A stretch of 64,000 bases of DNA from an uncultured Thiomicrospira sp. (GTDB lineage: Bacteria; Pseudomonadota; Gammaproteobacteria; CAKMZV01): the NCBI GenBank assembly GCA_965195345.1, contig OZ239628.1, positions 384,001-448,000 on the forward strand, read 5' to 3'. A program made the position numbers and the translations under genes. Positions 28,824 through 38,819 of this stretch are shown in pieces. Position 1 is the stretch's first letter; every line of letters starts with the position of its first letter. The notes under the pieces are model-generated. The model had not been told where the DNA came from, searched no databases, and worked only from the letters and a program-made list of their open reading frames with translations.

Positions 28824-29429
28824 CTATTTAAAACTATCCAAGATAGACTTCAACTCCTTTGGATTAGGGTTCGTATGTTTCAAATTATTAAAGATACCTT
28901 TTAGTTGATCGCAAGCACTTTTAAAATCGGCGTTAATTATTAAGTAGTCGTATTTTGTATGGTTTTTAATCTCATTACGCGCTTCTTGTAAACGTCGTGA
29001 TATGACATCAATCGCATCGGTAGAACGCGCACGTAGGCGAGTTGCTAAAGTTTGAAAATTAGGAGGGATGATGAAAATACTTTGGGTATCACTTTTCTTT
29101 GAGCGAATTTGATCCGCGCCCTGCCAGTCAATTTCAAGTACAACATGCTTACCATTATCTAAGTTTTTTTCCACAGTGCTTCGTGCAGTGCCATAAAGAT
29201 TACCAAACACATAAGCATATTCCAAAAAAGCATCTTGTTCGATGAGTTCTAAGAATTTTTGTTCATTAACAAAGTAGTAATTTTCGCCATCAGTCTCATT
29301 ATTGCGAATAGGTCGAGTCGTGTGAGAAATAGACAAAACCGTATTGTTCAACTCACTAAGAGCACTTGCAAGAAGGGAGGATTTGCCTGTTCCAGAAGGA
29401 GCAGATACTATAAAAAGTGTCCCTCGCAT
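28824..29429 (-). CDS. gmk: Guanylate kinase
   Basis: SAPSGTGKSS P-loop, SHTTR, FLEYAYVFGNLYGT and LEIDWQGA motifs. Confidence 0.97.
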   Translation of the reverse strand: MRGTLFIVSAPSGTGKSSLLASALSELNNTVLSISHTTRPIRNNETDGENYYFVNEQKFLELIEQDAFLEYAYVFGNLYGTARSTVEKNLDNGKHVVLEIDWQGADQIRSKKSDTQSIFIIPPNFQTLATRLRARSTDAIDVISRRLQEARNEIKNHTKYDYLIINADFKSACDQLKGIFNNLKHTNPNPKELKSILDSFK

Positions 29430-29443
29430 ATTCTAAAAAGGAG

Positions 29444-30568
29444 TTATATGGTCATCGGCATGATGACGTGCTGCAAGTGTACATCATCATCTTTTTCTTC
29501 AATAAGAACGCTGGCAGTGGGCGTGGATATTTTTATATTGATGATGGGTTGACTTAATGTGCTTATCGTTTGCTGTAGGTAGCCTTCATTAAAGGCAATT
29601 TCAAGATGTTCACCATCATAAGAAGCAGACATGACAACTTCGGACTTTTCCTGCTCGGCATTTAAGCAAGTTATCGTAGCAGTGTCGTCTTCTTTGGCTA
29701 TTAAGCGCACCTGCCTCGTAGAATCTTTGTTAATAAGCGTCGCCTGTTTCAATGTTTTTGAGAAGCTGTCGCAATCAGCACTGAAGGTGTAATCATTATT
29801 TTGAGGGATAACACCGGCGTAGGAAGGAAAAGAACCAACGATTAATTTGCTGGCAAACGTTAGGTTTTCTGTGCGCTTTAGCTGAAATGAAATGAAATTG
29901 TCACTGATTGAAAGAGTCAGGTCTCCTTTTTCATCTTCAAGCAATCTTTTAATTTCAGTGACTGCTTTGAGCGGAATAATAATACTACAATCGCTATCAA
30001 TTTCTTTTTCTAAAGAAGATACCGCACTTGCTAAACGATGACCATCGGTGGCGACTACTCGGATTTGAGTTCCTTGGGCTTCAAGTAACATGCCTCGCAA
30101 AGGCGCTCTGATATCCTTAGTTGAAATGGCAAAAGATACTTTATTGATAAGTGTTTTTAGTGTTTTCTTAGAAACAGTTATTGATTGATCAAAGTTGGTA
30201 AGGTCTAGCTGCGGAAATCCTTCGGAAGGCAAGGTTGAAAGATTGTAGCGTGCGTAATCAGTATGAATGACCGCTTGTGTATCAGAAAATTCAATGGCGA
30301 TGGTTTCTGCTGTGGTGCTTGACACGATGTCGAGAAGTTTTTGAGCTCCAAGTGTCGTATCAAATTTACCTCCAGCGATCTCTCCTTCAGGCATTGGTAG
30401 TTGAGCAACCATTTGCAATTCAGTATCTGTAGTGGTGAGGACCATTCCAGATTCATCAACTTGCAGTTTTACGTTGCCAAGGATCGGCAAAATTTTCACA
30501 CGATCAATAACACTTGCTATATTTTGTAGCACTTGATAGAGTGGCTTTCTCTCAAATAATAGTTTCAT
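29444..30568 (-). CDS. dnaN: DNA polymerase III beta sliding clamp
   Basis: LPILGNV, TDTE, VATDGHRLA, IAFN..YL and VIMPM motifs; directly downstream of dnaA. Confidence 0.96.
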   Translation of the reverse strand: MKLLFERKPLYQVLQNIASVIDRVKILPILGNVKLQVDESGMVLTTTDTELQMVAQLPMPEGEIAGGKFDTTLGAQKLLDIVSSTTAETIAIEFSDTQAVIHTDYARYNLSTLPSEGFPQLDLTNFDQSITVSKKTLKTLINKVSFAISTKDIRAPLRGMLLEAQGTQIRVVATDGHRLASAVSSLEKEIDSDCSIIIPLKAVTEIKRLLEDEKGDLTLSISDNFISFQLKRTENLTFASKLIVGSFPSYAGVIPQNNDYTFSADCDSFSKTLKQATLINKDSTRQVRLIAKEDDTATITCLNAEQEKSEVVMSASYDGEHLEIAFNEGYLQQTISTLSQPIINIKISTPTASVLIEEKDDDVHLQHVIMPMTI

Positions 30569-30576
30569 GGGTTAGT

Positions 30577-31902
30577 CTAGTTGGACAAGGTTATAAAAAG
30601 ATTGTTAAAGTCGTTCTCAAAATTGGTATTTTCTTTTCGCAATCGTTCAACATTACGACAAGCATGCAAAACAGTGGTATGGTCTCGAGCGAATGCATCT
30701 CCAATTTCTGACAAACTTAGATTGGTGAGTTGTTTTGCCATAGCCATAGCCATATGGCGTGCACGAACAACAGGTTGACGGCGGACTTTACCAAGTAAGT
30801 CGGTTGAGCGTAAACGGAAGTAGGAGGCAACGGTTTTAATGATTTGGTCCACTGATACAGCGCGCGAATGTGAAGCAAAAACATTATCCAATGCTTCATG
30901 AGTGCTAAGCAGTGTCATAGGTTTACCACTGAAGTCGTGGTAGGCTTTGAGTGTCGCAAGTGCGCTCTGAAGTTCGCGAACGTTCGAACGAATTTTTTGG
31001 GCGACTAAGAAAGCAATTTCTTCTGGTAGGTCAAGGGAAACTTCGCGAGCTTTTGCCTTAAGTATGGCTACACGGAGTTCGAGCTCTGGTGGTTTAAGCT
31101 CAATAGCTAATCCAGCTCCAAAGCGCGAGCGCAACCGATCACTAAATCCACTCAGATCTTTCGGATAGCGGTCACAAGTAAAGACTACTTGTTTATGACC
31201 TTCAAGCATAAGATTGACTATTTGAAAAAGCTCTTCTTGTGTGCTGGCTTTTTCTGCGAAAAAATGCACATCATCAATCAAAAGAACGTCAAAGCTACGA
31301 TAAAACCTTTTGAACTGTGGCATTGTCTTCTCGTTTAGAGAAGCGATGAAGTTAGAAACAAAACGAGGAGCGTGCTGATAGAAAACTTTTGTGTTTGTAT
31401 GGCGAATCATATGATTGCCAATTGAATAAAGTATGTGCGTTTTTCCTAGTCCAGAGCGACCATATATAAAGAAAGGGTTGTAAATGCTCGCTTGAGTGTT
31501 TTCGGCAATTTGTTTGGCAATAGATGACACCATAGTATTGGACTCGCCAGTAACAAAATTGCTAAATGAAAATTGTGGTTGCAATCCTGCTTCTTTAATG
31601 CGCTCATTGACATCGGCATGATTAGCGCGCGCTTGTAGTCGAGAAATTGAGTTTTCTTCAATATCTTCTTCGGCTTCTAGGTGTATGTGCAAAGTTTGGG
31701 GGCTTGCAGAGTCAATCGTGCTTTTTAGTATTTCCCAATGAGCATTGGCATGTAAGCAATCTGCGAAATGTTCGTTTGGAGCTATGATGTGAAGTTTATT
31801 TCCATTAAGCTTTGCTCTTAAGGGAGCGACCCACCGCTCAAAGTCATGTTGCTCTAACGTATTCTCAAGTAGCCTAACACATCTGTTCCAGATGTCACTC
31901 AT
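30577..31902 (-). CDS. dnaA: Chromosomal replication initiator DnaA
   Basis: YNPFFIYG.SGLGKTH Walker A, LLIDD Walker B, RLRSRF, SNVREL and RDHTTVLHA motifs. Confidence 0.98.
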   Translation of the reverse strand: MSDIWNRCVRLLENTLEQHDFERWVAPLRAKLNGNKLHIIAPNEHFADCLHANAHWEILKSTIDSASPQTLHIHLEAEEDIEENSISRLQARANHADVNERIKEAGLQPQFSFSNFVTGESNTMVSSIAKQIAENTQASIYNPFFIYGRSGLGKTHILYSIGNHMIRHTNTKVFYQHAPRFVSNFIASLNEKTMPQFKRFYRSFDVLLIDDVHFFAEKASTQEELFQIVNLMLEGHKQVVFTCDRYPKDLSGFSDRLRSRFGAGLAIELKPPELELRVAILKAKAREVSLDLPEEIAFLVAQKIRSNVRELQSALATLKAYHDFSGKPMTLLSTHEALDNVFASHSRAVSVDQIIKTVASYFRLRSTDLLGKVRRQPVVRARHMAMAMAKQLTNLSLSEIGDAFARDHTTVLHACRNVERLRKENTNFENDFNNLFITLSN

Positions 31903-32146
31903 TCGTTCTCCTATTTGTTGGTCGGTTTTAAAAAAAGCCTCACGGTTTGCTTTTCTTTGAAAATATTATAGATGTCAAGTTATTTTTATATTTCTAAAAC
32001 AGCATTCAAAAACAAGATTTTATTGATGGTTTTTATGCGTGACTATCAGGTCAGTATTTTGCATTATTTGCCGATGAAATGTTGTAAAAAATCACGTAAA
32101 AAAACTTTTCATTTCATCACAAATTGTTAAAAAAACGTTAATAATT

Positions 32147-32155
32147 TGTGCATAA
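32147..32155 (-). promoter_or_regulatory. DnaA box upstream of dnaA
   Basis: TGTGCATAA (reverse complement TTATGCACA) matches TTWTNCACA, in an AT-rich 300-bp intergenic region. Confidence 0.6.
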
Positions 32156-32201
32156 CTTGAAGAAAAGGAATAAAAGCGTATCGTTGTACCTTTGCAACGA
32201 T

Positions 32202-32822
32202 TTATTTTTCCAGTGGAAAAATATTTTGAGATATTTTTAGTGCTAATTTATCTGCTATTACAGCAATCGATTCTGTGATTCCGAAATGATGCATGTCGAT
32301 TACGTTCTGCTTTAACCCGCAAGGAGCAATGGAGCTGAAAGGGCTTAAATCCATAGAAACATTAAGACTGATACCATGATAGGTCCCTCGTTTTTTACAA
32401 CTCAGTCCAAGTGCTGATATTTTCCCTGCCTCAGTATACACTCCCGGCAAATTGGCTTTGCGAAATCCCTCAATATTGTAGTGTGCTAGAGTGTCAATGG
32501 CTGAACCTTCCAAAGCGTTGATTAAGGTTTTAATGCCGATATTTGCCCTAAAAATATCGATGAGTACGTAGATGATAATTTGACCGGGTCCATGATAGGT
32601 AACTTTTCCTCCACGGTCCGTTTGAATTACTGGAAGAGTAGTTTTCTTTAAAAAATGCTTTGGATCACCAATGCGACCCAAAGTGTAGACAGGATGATGG
32701 TCGGTTATCCAAAGTTGGTCGGAACTTTTTTCATCACGTGTAAGCGTGTATTCGCGCATTGATTTGAAGCAAGTTTCGTAATCAACTGTCCCTTTACGAA
32801 TTATTTGAAGCGGGGGGTGCAT
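32202..32822 (-). CDS. lipB: Lipoyl(octanoyl) transferase
   Basis: HHPVYTLG, TDRGGKVTYHGPGQ, KISALG, HGISLNV and IAPCG motifs; start at ATG 32822. Confidence 0.95.
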   Translation of the reverse strand: MHPPLQIIRKGTVDYETCFKSMREYTLTRDEKSSDQLWITDHHPVYTLGRIGDPKHFLKKTTLPVIQTDRGGKVTYHGPGQIIIYVLIDIFRANIGIKTLINALEGSAIDTLAHYNIEGFRKANLPGVYTEAGKISALGLSCKKRGTYHGISLNVSMDLSPFSSIAPCGLKQNVIDMHHFGITESIAVIADKLALKISQNIFPLEK

Positions 32823-32838
32823 TTCTAAGGATGCTAAA

Positions 32839-33450
32839 TTACCGTCTTTTTGACAAAACTTCGTCAACCAATCCGTATTCTTTGGCTTCCTCTGCGCTTA
32901 AAAAGTTATCTCTATCAGTGTCTTTGCTCACTTGATTGATGCTTTTCCCAGTATGGTGAGACATGATGTTATTCAAGGTTTCTCGGGCTTTTAATATTTC
33001 TTTCGCATGAATTTCTATGTCACTTGCTTGTCCGTGAAATCCGCCCAAAGGTTGGTGGATCATCACGCGCGAGTTTGGTAAACAAAAACGTTTGCCAGTT
33101 GTACCAGCCGCTAATAGTAGAGCACCCATGCTGGCAGCCTGCCCTAAACACATTGTGTTAACTTCAGGTGTAATGTATTGCATGGTATCGTATATAGATA
33201 GACCAGCAGTGACTGAACCACCAGGAGAGTTTATGTAGAAGTGGATGTCTTTTTTTGAGTTTTCAGATTCGAGGAAAAGGAATTGAGCAACAATCAAATT
33301 TGCTGTTTCATCGGTGACTGGACCAACTAAAAAAATAACACGCTCACGCAGAAGTCTGGAATAAATATCAAATGAGCGCTCCCCTCTACCACTCTGTTCA
33401 ATAACCATTGGTACAAGGGTATTGTTTTCAATTGGTCGATTTTTGTTCAT
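32839..33450 (-). CDS. clpP: ATP-dependent Clp protease proteolytic subunit
   Basis: [35 protein letters not shown] and MIHQP motifs; ATG 33450 with an AGGA RBS. Confidence 0.98.
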   Translation of the reverse strand: MNKNRPIENNTLVPMVIEQSGRGERSFDIYSRLLRERVIFLVGPVTDETANLIVAQFLFLESENSKKDIHFYINSPGGSVTAGLSIYDTMQYITPEVNTMCLGQAASMGALLLAAGTTGKRFCLPNSRVMIHQPLGGFHGQASDIEIHAKEILKARETLNNIMSHHTGKSINQVSKDTDRDNFLSAEEAKEYGLVDEVLSKRR

Positions 33451-33484
33451 ATCTGATCCTTGAGACACTACTGTTTTATTTGGT

Positions 33485-34789
33485 TTAATTCCTAAGCGAA
33501 CTGAGAGGAATCTGTTCAAAAGTTGCTTTGACACTTTCCATCAAAACGTTGATGATTTGTTTTTCAAGAACGGAATTTTCTAAATCAGCCCGCACATTTT
33601 TATTTTCAGTGAAGTATTTGCGAGCCTCTTCACGGTTTGGATAATGAACTATTTGCTCCTCAATGGTTTGGTTTAGCAAATCTTCGTCCAATTTAATGTC
33701 ATGATGAACGATTAACTCACGTAATATCAATCCTAATTTCACGCGTTTGACTGCATCTTCTTTTGCCCCTTGCTCCTTTAAATCCTCATCGCTTGAAACG
33801 GGGGATTGAGACATTTTTTGGCGGTCCTGAATCTGTTTTATTATGCTTTTTATTTCCTCATCAATCATATGCTGAGGAATGGGGAAGTCGTGTTTTTCAA
33901 GCAGCAGATCGAAAAGACTTTGTCTATTGTTGCGATAGCTGAGTTGTTCAGCTTCATTTTCAAGACGTTTTTTAATGTCTTCTCGTAATGCTTCAACAGT
34001 CCCTTCTTTAATTCCAATGGATTGGATATATTCTTCGTTAATCTCAAACGGCTTGGGGGCTTCGATGTTTTTAACGATGCAACGAAACTCAACGTTTTCT
34101 CCAGCCAAGTCCTTTGCATGATAGGTTTCGGGAAAGGTTAGTGAAAAGGTTTTATTGTCTCCTTTACTCTGACCAAGCAAAGCATCTTCAAAACCTGGAA
34201 TCATTTGTCCTTTACCAAGGACAAGTTTAAAATCGGTTGCTTGCCCGCCTTCAAAAGGCTTGTCGTCTTTAAATCCTTCGAAATCAATTGTTATTTGATC
34301 GCCATCAATCGCCGCACGATCCACCTCACTCCAAGTGGTATTGTTATCCTTAAGACTATCCATAGTGGCGTCAATGTCAGACTCCTCAACAACTGGTTTG
34401 ACAAGCTTAATTTTGAGTGTTGCTGTTTTAGCGAGAGTAATTTCTGGAAATACTTCAAATGTAACAACGAACTTAACGTTATCATCCTCAAGATTTTCGA
34501 TGCTAGTAATTTTTGGTGCGCCAACAATACTTAGCTTGTTTTCTTGGATGGCTTTGTATGTGTTTTGATCAATTTGATCATGAATGATTTCGTCTCGAAT
34601 TTCTTTCCCGTAGCGCTGTTGCAGGAATGAAAATGGAACTTTACCCGGTCGAAATCCGTCAATACGAGTACGATTGCCGATTTTCTGCAAACGCTCTTTC
34701 ATTAAAGCAGGCAGATTTTTTACAGGAAACTCAATCGTTAATGTTTTTTCAATGGGACTGTTAGGGGAATTTTCAACGTTTGCTTTCAT
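33485..34789 (-). CDS. tig: Trigger factor
   Basis: GFRPGKVP ribosome-binding motif and FKBP domain ([20 protein letters not shown]). Confidence 0.96.
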   Translation of the reverse strand: MKANVENSPNSPIEKTLTIEFPVKNLPALMKERLQKIGNRTRIDGFRPGKVPFSFLQQRYGKEIRDEIIHDQIDQNTYKAIQENKLSIVGAPKITSIENLEDDNVKFVVTFEVFPEITLAKTATLKIKLVKPVVEESDIDATMDSLKDNNTTWSEVDRAAIDGDQITIDFEGFKDDKPFEGGQATDFKLVLGKGQMIPGFEDALLGQSKGDNKTFSLTFPETYHAKDLAGENVEFRCIVKNIEAPKPFEINEEYIQSIGIKEGTVEALREDIKKRLENEAEQLSYRNNRQSLFDLLLEKHDFPIPQHMIDEEIKSIIKQIQDRQKMSQSPVSSDEDLKEQGAKEDAVKRVKLGLILRELIVHHDIKLDEDLLNQTIEEQIVHYPNREEARKYFTENKNVRADLENSVLEKQIINVLMESVKATFEQIPLSSLRN

Positions 34790-34919
34790 CAACTAGCTCA
34801 AAAGGGAGAGGGACTTAAATATTAAAGTGTGCCTTTTCGGTTTTTTTGATAAAAAACACCGTAAGACATGCGGAAATTGGAAATCAATAATCAGCTGAAA
34901 CGATTAAGTTGTTTCGTGT

Positions 34920-35045
34920 TCAACGCTGACGCGCCTTAAATCGAGGGTCAGACTTACAAATCACAAAAATCTTGCCACGGCGGCGTACAACTTGACAATC
35001 TTTGTGGCGTTTCTTTGCAGATTTCAATGAGGATACAATTTTCAT
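34920..35045 (-). CDS. ykgO: 50S ribosomal protein L36 type B (zinc-ribbon-lacking; not in the ORF track)
   Basis: Hand translation [41 protein letters not shown], matching the bL36B pattern. Confidence 0.95.
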   Translation of the reverse strand: MKIVSSLKSAKKRHKDCQVVRRRGKIFVICKSDPRFKARQR

Positions 35046-35075
35046 AATGCAACTAATGTGTTGGTAAAATTAGAA

Positions 35076-35089
35076 CGGCGTGCATTATA
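35076..35089 (-). promoter_or_regulatory. -10 element and GC-rich discriminator for L36/tig
   Basis: Minus strand reads TATAATGCACGCCG about 40 nt upstream of the L36 ATG. Confidence 0.55.
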
Positions 35090-35279
35090 CGGTGCGAACA
35101 CGATGAAAATTTGTTTTTTTTAGCTTAGATTACAGATAAGAGTTGAAACTTGGTACATTCTGTCGTAATATTTGCACATTGATATGCTAATTAGTTCACT
35201 TTGAAAATTTTTTCCCATTCTGTCTTGGCAGACTTTCTGTTCATTCGAATAGCTTTGCTATACATTTTACATACTGCGT

Positions 35280-36254
35280 ATGCTCGATCATAAAATCCAA
35301 CTTCTCCCCGAGAATAATGATTATTTGCGGTGTTTAGGGGGTGTTGAGAATAATCGAATTTCTTTTTTGGAAGTGCATTATGACGTTCGTATTTCTCAAA
35401 GAGGCTTTAAAATGCGCATACAAGGGAATGATATTGACTGCATACGTGCTGGAAAAGTTATATTAGGGTTGTATGAAGAAGCAAAAAAGGGAGAGATTGA
35501 TGATAAGAGCATGTTCAGTATGTTAAATCAATTTGATAAAAAAGGAAATCAAATTTTGCCAATTGTATATGCAACGTTTCAAGCCGGAGATAAGACTATT
35601 AAGGCGCGAAATACTTCTCAACAGCGCTTTATTGAGCTAATGAACGAAAAAGATGTTGTATTTGGCATCGGACCTGCGGGAACAGGTAAGACCTATTTGG
35701 CGGTGGCTAAAGCAGTGGAGTCTTTAGAGCGTCGAGACATAAAGCGCATTGTGTTGACACGCCCTGCCGTTGAAGCTGGGGAGAAATTGGGTTTTTTGCC
35801 TGGAGATTTAAGTCAAAAAATTGACCCGTACCTGCGCCCCTTATATGATGCATTGTTTGAAATGTTGGGTTCGAGGAAAGTTGAAAAATTGATCGCTAAA
35901 AATATAATTGAAATAGCACCATTGGCTTTTATGCGTGGTCGCACACTAAATGATTGCCACATGATTCTTGATGAAGCTCAGAATACAACATTGGCTCAAA
36001 TGAAAATGTTTCTAACTCGGATAGGTCATAATGCTAAGGCAGTAGTTGTAGGAGATTCCTCTCAAATTGATCTGCCCAATCAAAATTTATCAGGATTGAA
36101 GGATATTCAAGCAATTTTCAAAGGAGTAAAGGGTGTTGGGACAGCAATATTTGATTCGTCAGATGTTGTTCGTCATCCAGTAGTCAAAAGAGTCATTGAT
36201 GCTTTTGATCATTATCAGAAATCACAATCTATGACATTTTCTAAGCATGGGTAA
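35280..36254 (+). CDS. phoH: PhoH-family ATPase (YbeZ)
   Basis: GPAGTGKTYLA, RPAVEAGEKLGFLPG, PLAFMRGRT, LDEAQN and DVVRHP motifs. Confidence 0.95.
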   Translation: MLDHKIQLLPENNDYLRCLGGVENNRISFLEVHYDVRISQRGFKMRIQGNDIDCIRAGKVILGLYEEAKKGEIDDKSMFSMLNQFDKKGNQILPIVYATFQAGDKTIKARNTSQQRFIELMNEKDVVFGIGPAGTGKTYLAVAKAVESLERRDIKRIVLTRPAVEAGEKLGFLPGDLSQKIDPYLRPLYDALFEMLGSRKVEKLIAKNIIEIAPLAFMRGRTLNDCHMILDEAQNTTLAQMKMFLTRIGHNAKAVVVGDSSQIDLPNQNLSGLKDIQAIFKGVKGVGTAIFDSSDVVRHPVVKRVIDAFDHYQKSQSMTFSKHG

Positions 36255-36735
36255 AGTGAACGTCAGCTATGCATCGGAGACAGATAAGCCTCCATCGATC
36301 AGAGCAGTCTTAAATTGGACTGCGCAAATTTTTGATCATTTGCCATTTGAGCAAAAACAAATGGATAGAAGCGTCAACGTTTACTTTTGTGGAACCAAAG
36401 AAATTCAAGAAATAAATAGTCTTTATCGTGCAAAAAACGATGTGACGAACGTGTTGTCTTTTGCTGTGTCTGAAGAGGATCAATTGTTGCAAAGTCATAC
36501 AGATGATGTGCCCTCAATTGGGGATATTATTATTTGTTCACGGGTTGTAGCTGATGAAGCGAAATCTTATGGTCTGGCCTATGAAGAAAGGTTGGTTCAC
36601 ATGTTGCTTCACGCGCTGTTGCATCTATATGGGCATCAACATGATAATGAAAAAGAGAGAAATATTATGGAAACAGAAGAAAGTAGAATTTTACAAAGTA
36701 TGGGGTTTGCTGATCCATGGAAAGGGAATGAGTAA
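36247..36735 (+). CDS. ybeY: rRNA maturation endoribonuclease YbeY
   Basis: YR.KN..TNVLSF, GDIIIC and HALLHLYGHQH metal motif. Confidence 0.93.
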   Translation: MGKVNVSYASETDKPPSIRAVLNWTAQIFDHLPFEQKQMDRSVNVYFCGTKEIQEINSLYRAKNDVTNVLSFAVSEEDQLLQSHTDDVPSIGDIIICSRVVADEAKSYGLAYEERLVHMLLHALLHLYGHQHDNEKERNIMETEESRILQSMGFADPWKGNE

Positions 36736-37558
36736 TATAGAGCAAGAGCCTTTAATAAGGCGCGGTTTTTTTGTTAGCCTGTTTGGATCATTGATCAATA
36801 GAAAGCCTGAAGGATCTGCTTTGTTTCGCGAGCAGCTTTCTGATGCAGTGAGAGAAGGGGTTGTTGATTCTCAAATGAGCGGAATGATTGAAGGCGTTTT
36901 GAGAGTCAATGAGATGCGCGTGCGCGAAGTGATGATTCCTTTCCCTGAAATGAAAGTTTTCCAAACATCGACCCCACTCAAAGAAGTGGTTAATGAAGTT
37001 ATTAAAACGCAACACTCACGTTATCCTGTTATGTCTGGAGATAAAATTGCAGGTATTCTTTTTTCCAAGGATTTACTTGCAAGTATTTGGCAATCTAATA
37101 AAGATATTGAATTAGAAAAAATGGTGCGTGACGCCAAGATTGTTCCTGAAGGACAATTTCTTGATAAATTATTGAGTGAGTTCAAAGACTCAAAACAGCA
37201 CATGGCAATTGTCGTTGACGAGCATAATGAGATTGCAGGTTTGGTCACAATTGAGGATGTTTTAGAGCAAATCGTCGGAGATATTGAGGATGAGCATGAT
37301 CCAATGAAAGGGATTTGGATTTTAAACCATGGATACCAATACACAGCGAAGGGGCTTACACCATTAGCCGAATTTCGCGAGCAACTTGGATTTGACTTTA
37401 AATCGGATTCTGATACGGTTGCTGGGTTATTGTTTGAGCGATTTGAGCGATTTCCAGAGCAGGGTGAAAAGATTGAATTTGATGGGTATCAGTTTCGCAT
37501 TGTTAAGGTCGATGGACGACGTATTCAGCTGGTAAGTGTGAAAAAAACAAACCGATGA
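36728..37558 (+). CDS. corC: CBS/CorC-HlyC domain protein (YbeX)
   Basis: VREVMIP, HSRYPV, HMAIVVDE and TIEDVLEQIVGDIEDEHD motifs; ATG 36728; conserved position after ybeY. Confidence 0.9.
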   Translation: MSNIEQEPLIRRGFFVSLFGSLINRKPEGSALFREQLSDAVREGVVDSQMSGMIEGVLRVNEMRVREVMIPFPEMKVFQTSTPLKEVVNEVIKTQHSRYPVMSGDKIAGILFSKDLLASIWQSNKDIELEKMVRDAKIVPEGQFLDKLLSEFKDSKQHMAIVVDEHNEIAGLVTIEDVLEQIVGDIEDEHDPMKGIWILNHGYQYTAKGLTPLAEFREQLGFDFKSDSDTVAGLLFERFERFPEQGEKIEFDGYQFRIVKVDGRRIQLVSVKKTNR

Positions 37559-38310
37559 GACTGACACTTAAAAAGTACGGTGAAGGAGATTCTTTGGTTT
37601 TGCTGCATGGCTTATTTGGAGATGGTGATAATTTGCGGGCGGTTGCAAATACTCTGAAAGATTCTTGGACAGTTTATTGCGCAGATTTGCCAAATCATGG
37701 TACTTCACCAAGAATAGACAACATGTGCTTTACTCAAATGTCTGCTCTTCTTGAAGGAAGTCTCATTGAGATTGATGAAAAAGTAGTTTTAATTGGGCAT
37801 TCATTGGGCGGGAAGGTAGCTATGCGGTACGCTTGTGATAATCCTGAGAGGGTTGCACATTTAATCGTTCTTGATATTGCGCCCAAAAAAACCGATAGTC
37901 GCTTTAATAAGATTATTGGTGCACTTAATGCGATTGATTTGTCCACCCTTGAATCGCGAAAGAAAGCGGATGAGGAATTGTCTCAGGGCATAGAAACGGT
38001 AGCGCTAAGACAGTTTTTGTTAAAAAGTTTATGGCGGGACGAAAAAGGATGGAAATGGCGTTTTAATCTTGATGTCATTACTCGGTGCGCAGAGCAGTGG
38101 ACGGCTGCTGGTATTGCAGGAGAAGATATTTTTACGGGCAAAGTGGATTTTATTCGAGGTGGAGACTCAGATTATATTACCAATGACGATAGCGTGAAAA
38201 TTTCCAAGCACTTTCCCAATGCAAGACATCATACATTAGAGCATGCAGGGCATTGGTTGCATGCTGAACAACCTAAGAAATTTATTGAGCTGCTAAAAAG
38301 CATTCTATGA
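37555..38310 (+). CDS. Alpha/beta-fold esterase (YbfF-like)
   Basis: LHGLFG, DLPNHG.S, GHSLGGK, LDIAP and AGHWLHAEQP motifs. Confidence 0.88.
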   Translation: MRLTLKKYGEGDSLVLLHGLFGDGDNLRAVANTLKDSWTVYCADLPNHGTSPRIDNMCFTQMSALLEGSLIEIDEKVVLIGHSLGGKVAMRYACDNPERVAHLIVLDIAPKKTDSRFNKIIGALNAIDLSTLESRKKADEELSQGIETVALRQFLLKSLWRDEKGWKWRFNLDVITRCAEQWTAAGIAGEDIFTGKVDFIRGGDSDYITNDDSVKISKHFPNARHHTLEHAGHWLHAEQPKKFIELLKSIL

Positions 38311-38393
38311 AGTTTTGCTATGAACTTCTGCGATGGGGTGTGGTCGAGTATGTACCATTGACTAAGATACTTGTTAAGTATTGGATATTAATG

Positions 38394-38428
38394 CCAACTC
38401 CACGCATGGAGTTGGTATAATGCGCGAC
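38394..38428 (+). promoter_or_regulatory. rpsT promoter (extended -10) overlapped by an inverted repeat
   Basis: TGG-TATAAT-GCGCGAC at 38413-38428; CCAACTCCA-cgca-TGGAGTTGG at 38394-38415. Confidence 0.55.
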
Positions 38429-38506
38429 CTTTCATTTTACAGCCCAAAAGATTTTCACTGTATTTTATTTAGGGCGCAACAAACAAAGCACAGACTGGAG
38501 TAACGG

Positions 38507-38779
38507 GTGGCAAATATTAAATCTGCTATAAAGCGAGCACGACAAGGCGTTGGTTTACGTAAACACAATATGGCAATGAGATCACGAGTGCGTACTTTTT
38601 TAAAGAAAGTCGACGTGGCTATAACTGAGGGGAAAAAAGAGGAAGCCGCTGAGTTTTTTAAACAAGCTCAATCGGAAGTGGCGCGTGCAGCAAATAAAGG
38701 CATATTTAAAAAAAATAAAGCTTCAAGAGATATTTCGCGCTTAAGCTCTCGCCTAAAAGGAATGGGGCAACAAGCCTAA
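38507..38779 (+). CDS. rpsT: 30S ribosomal protein S20
   Basis: MANIKSAIKRARQ, RSRVRT..KKV and KG..KKNKASR motifs; GGAG RBS. Confidence 0.97.
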   Translation: MANIKSAIKRARQGVGLRKHNMAMRSRVRTFLKKVDVAITEGKKEEAAEFFKQAQSEVARAANKGIFKKNKASRDISRLSSRLKGMGQQA

Positions 38780-38787
38780 AAGTCTTG

Positions 38788-38813
38788 AAAAAAGGATGCT
38801 AAACATCCTTTTT
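38788..38813. terminator. Probable bidirectional intrinsic terminator
   Basis: AAAAAAGGATG-ctaaa-CATCCTTTTT directly after the rpsT stop. Confidence 0.75.
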
Positions 38814-38819
38814 ATATTT

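Noticed and set aside
31903-32201. oriC
   Set aside because: Only one perfect DnaA box plus a few degenerate ones, and no obvious strand-composition switch by eye. Autoregulation of dnaA explains it equally well; a GC-skew calculation is needed.
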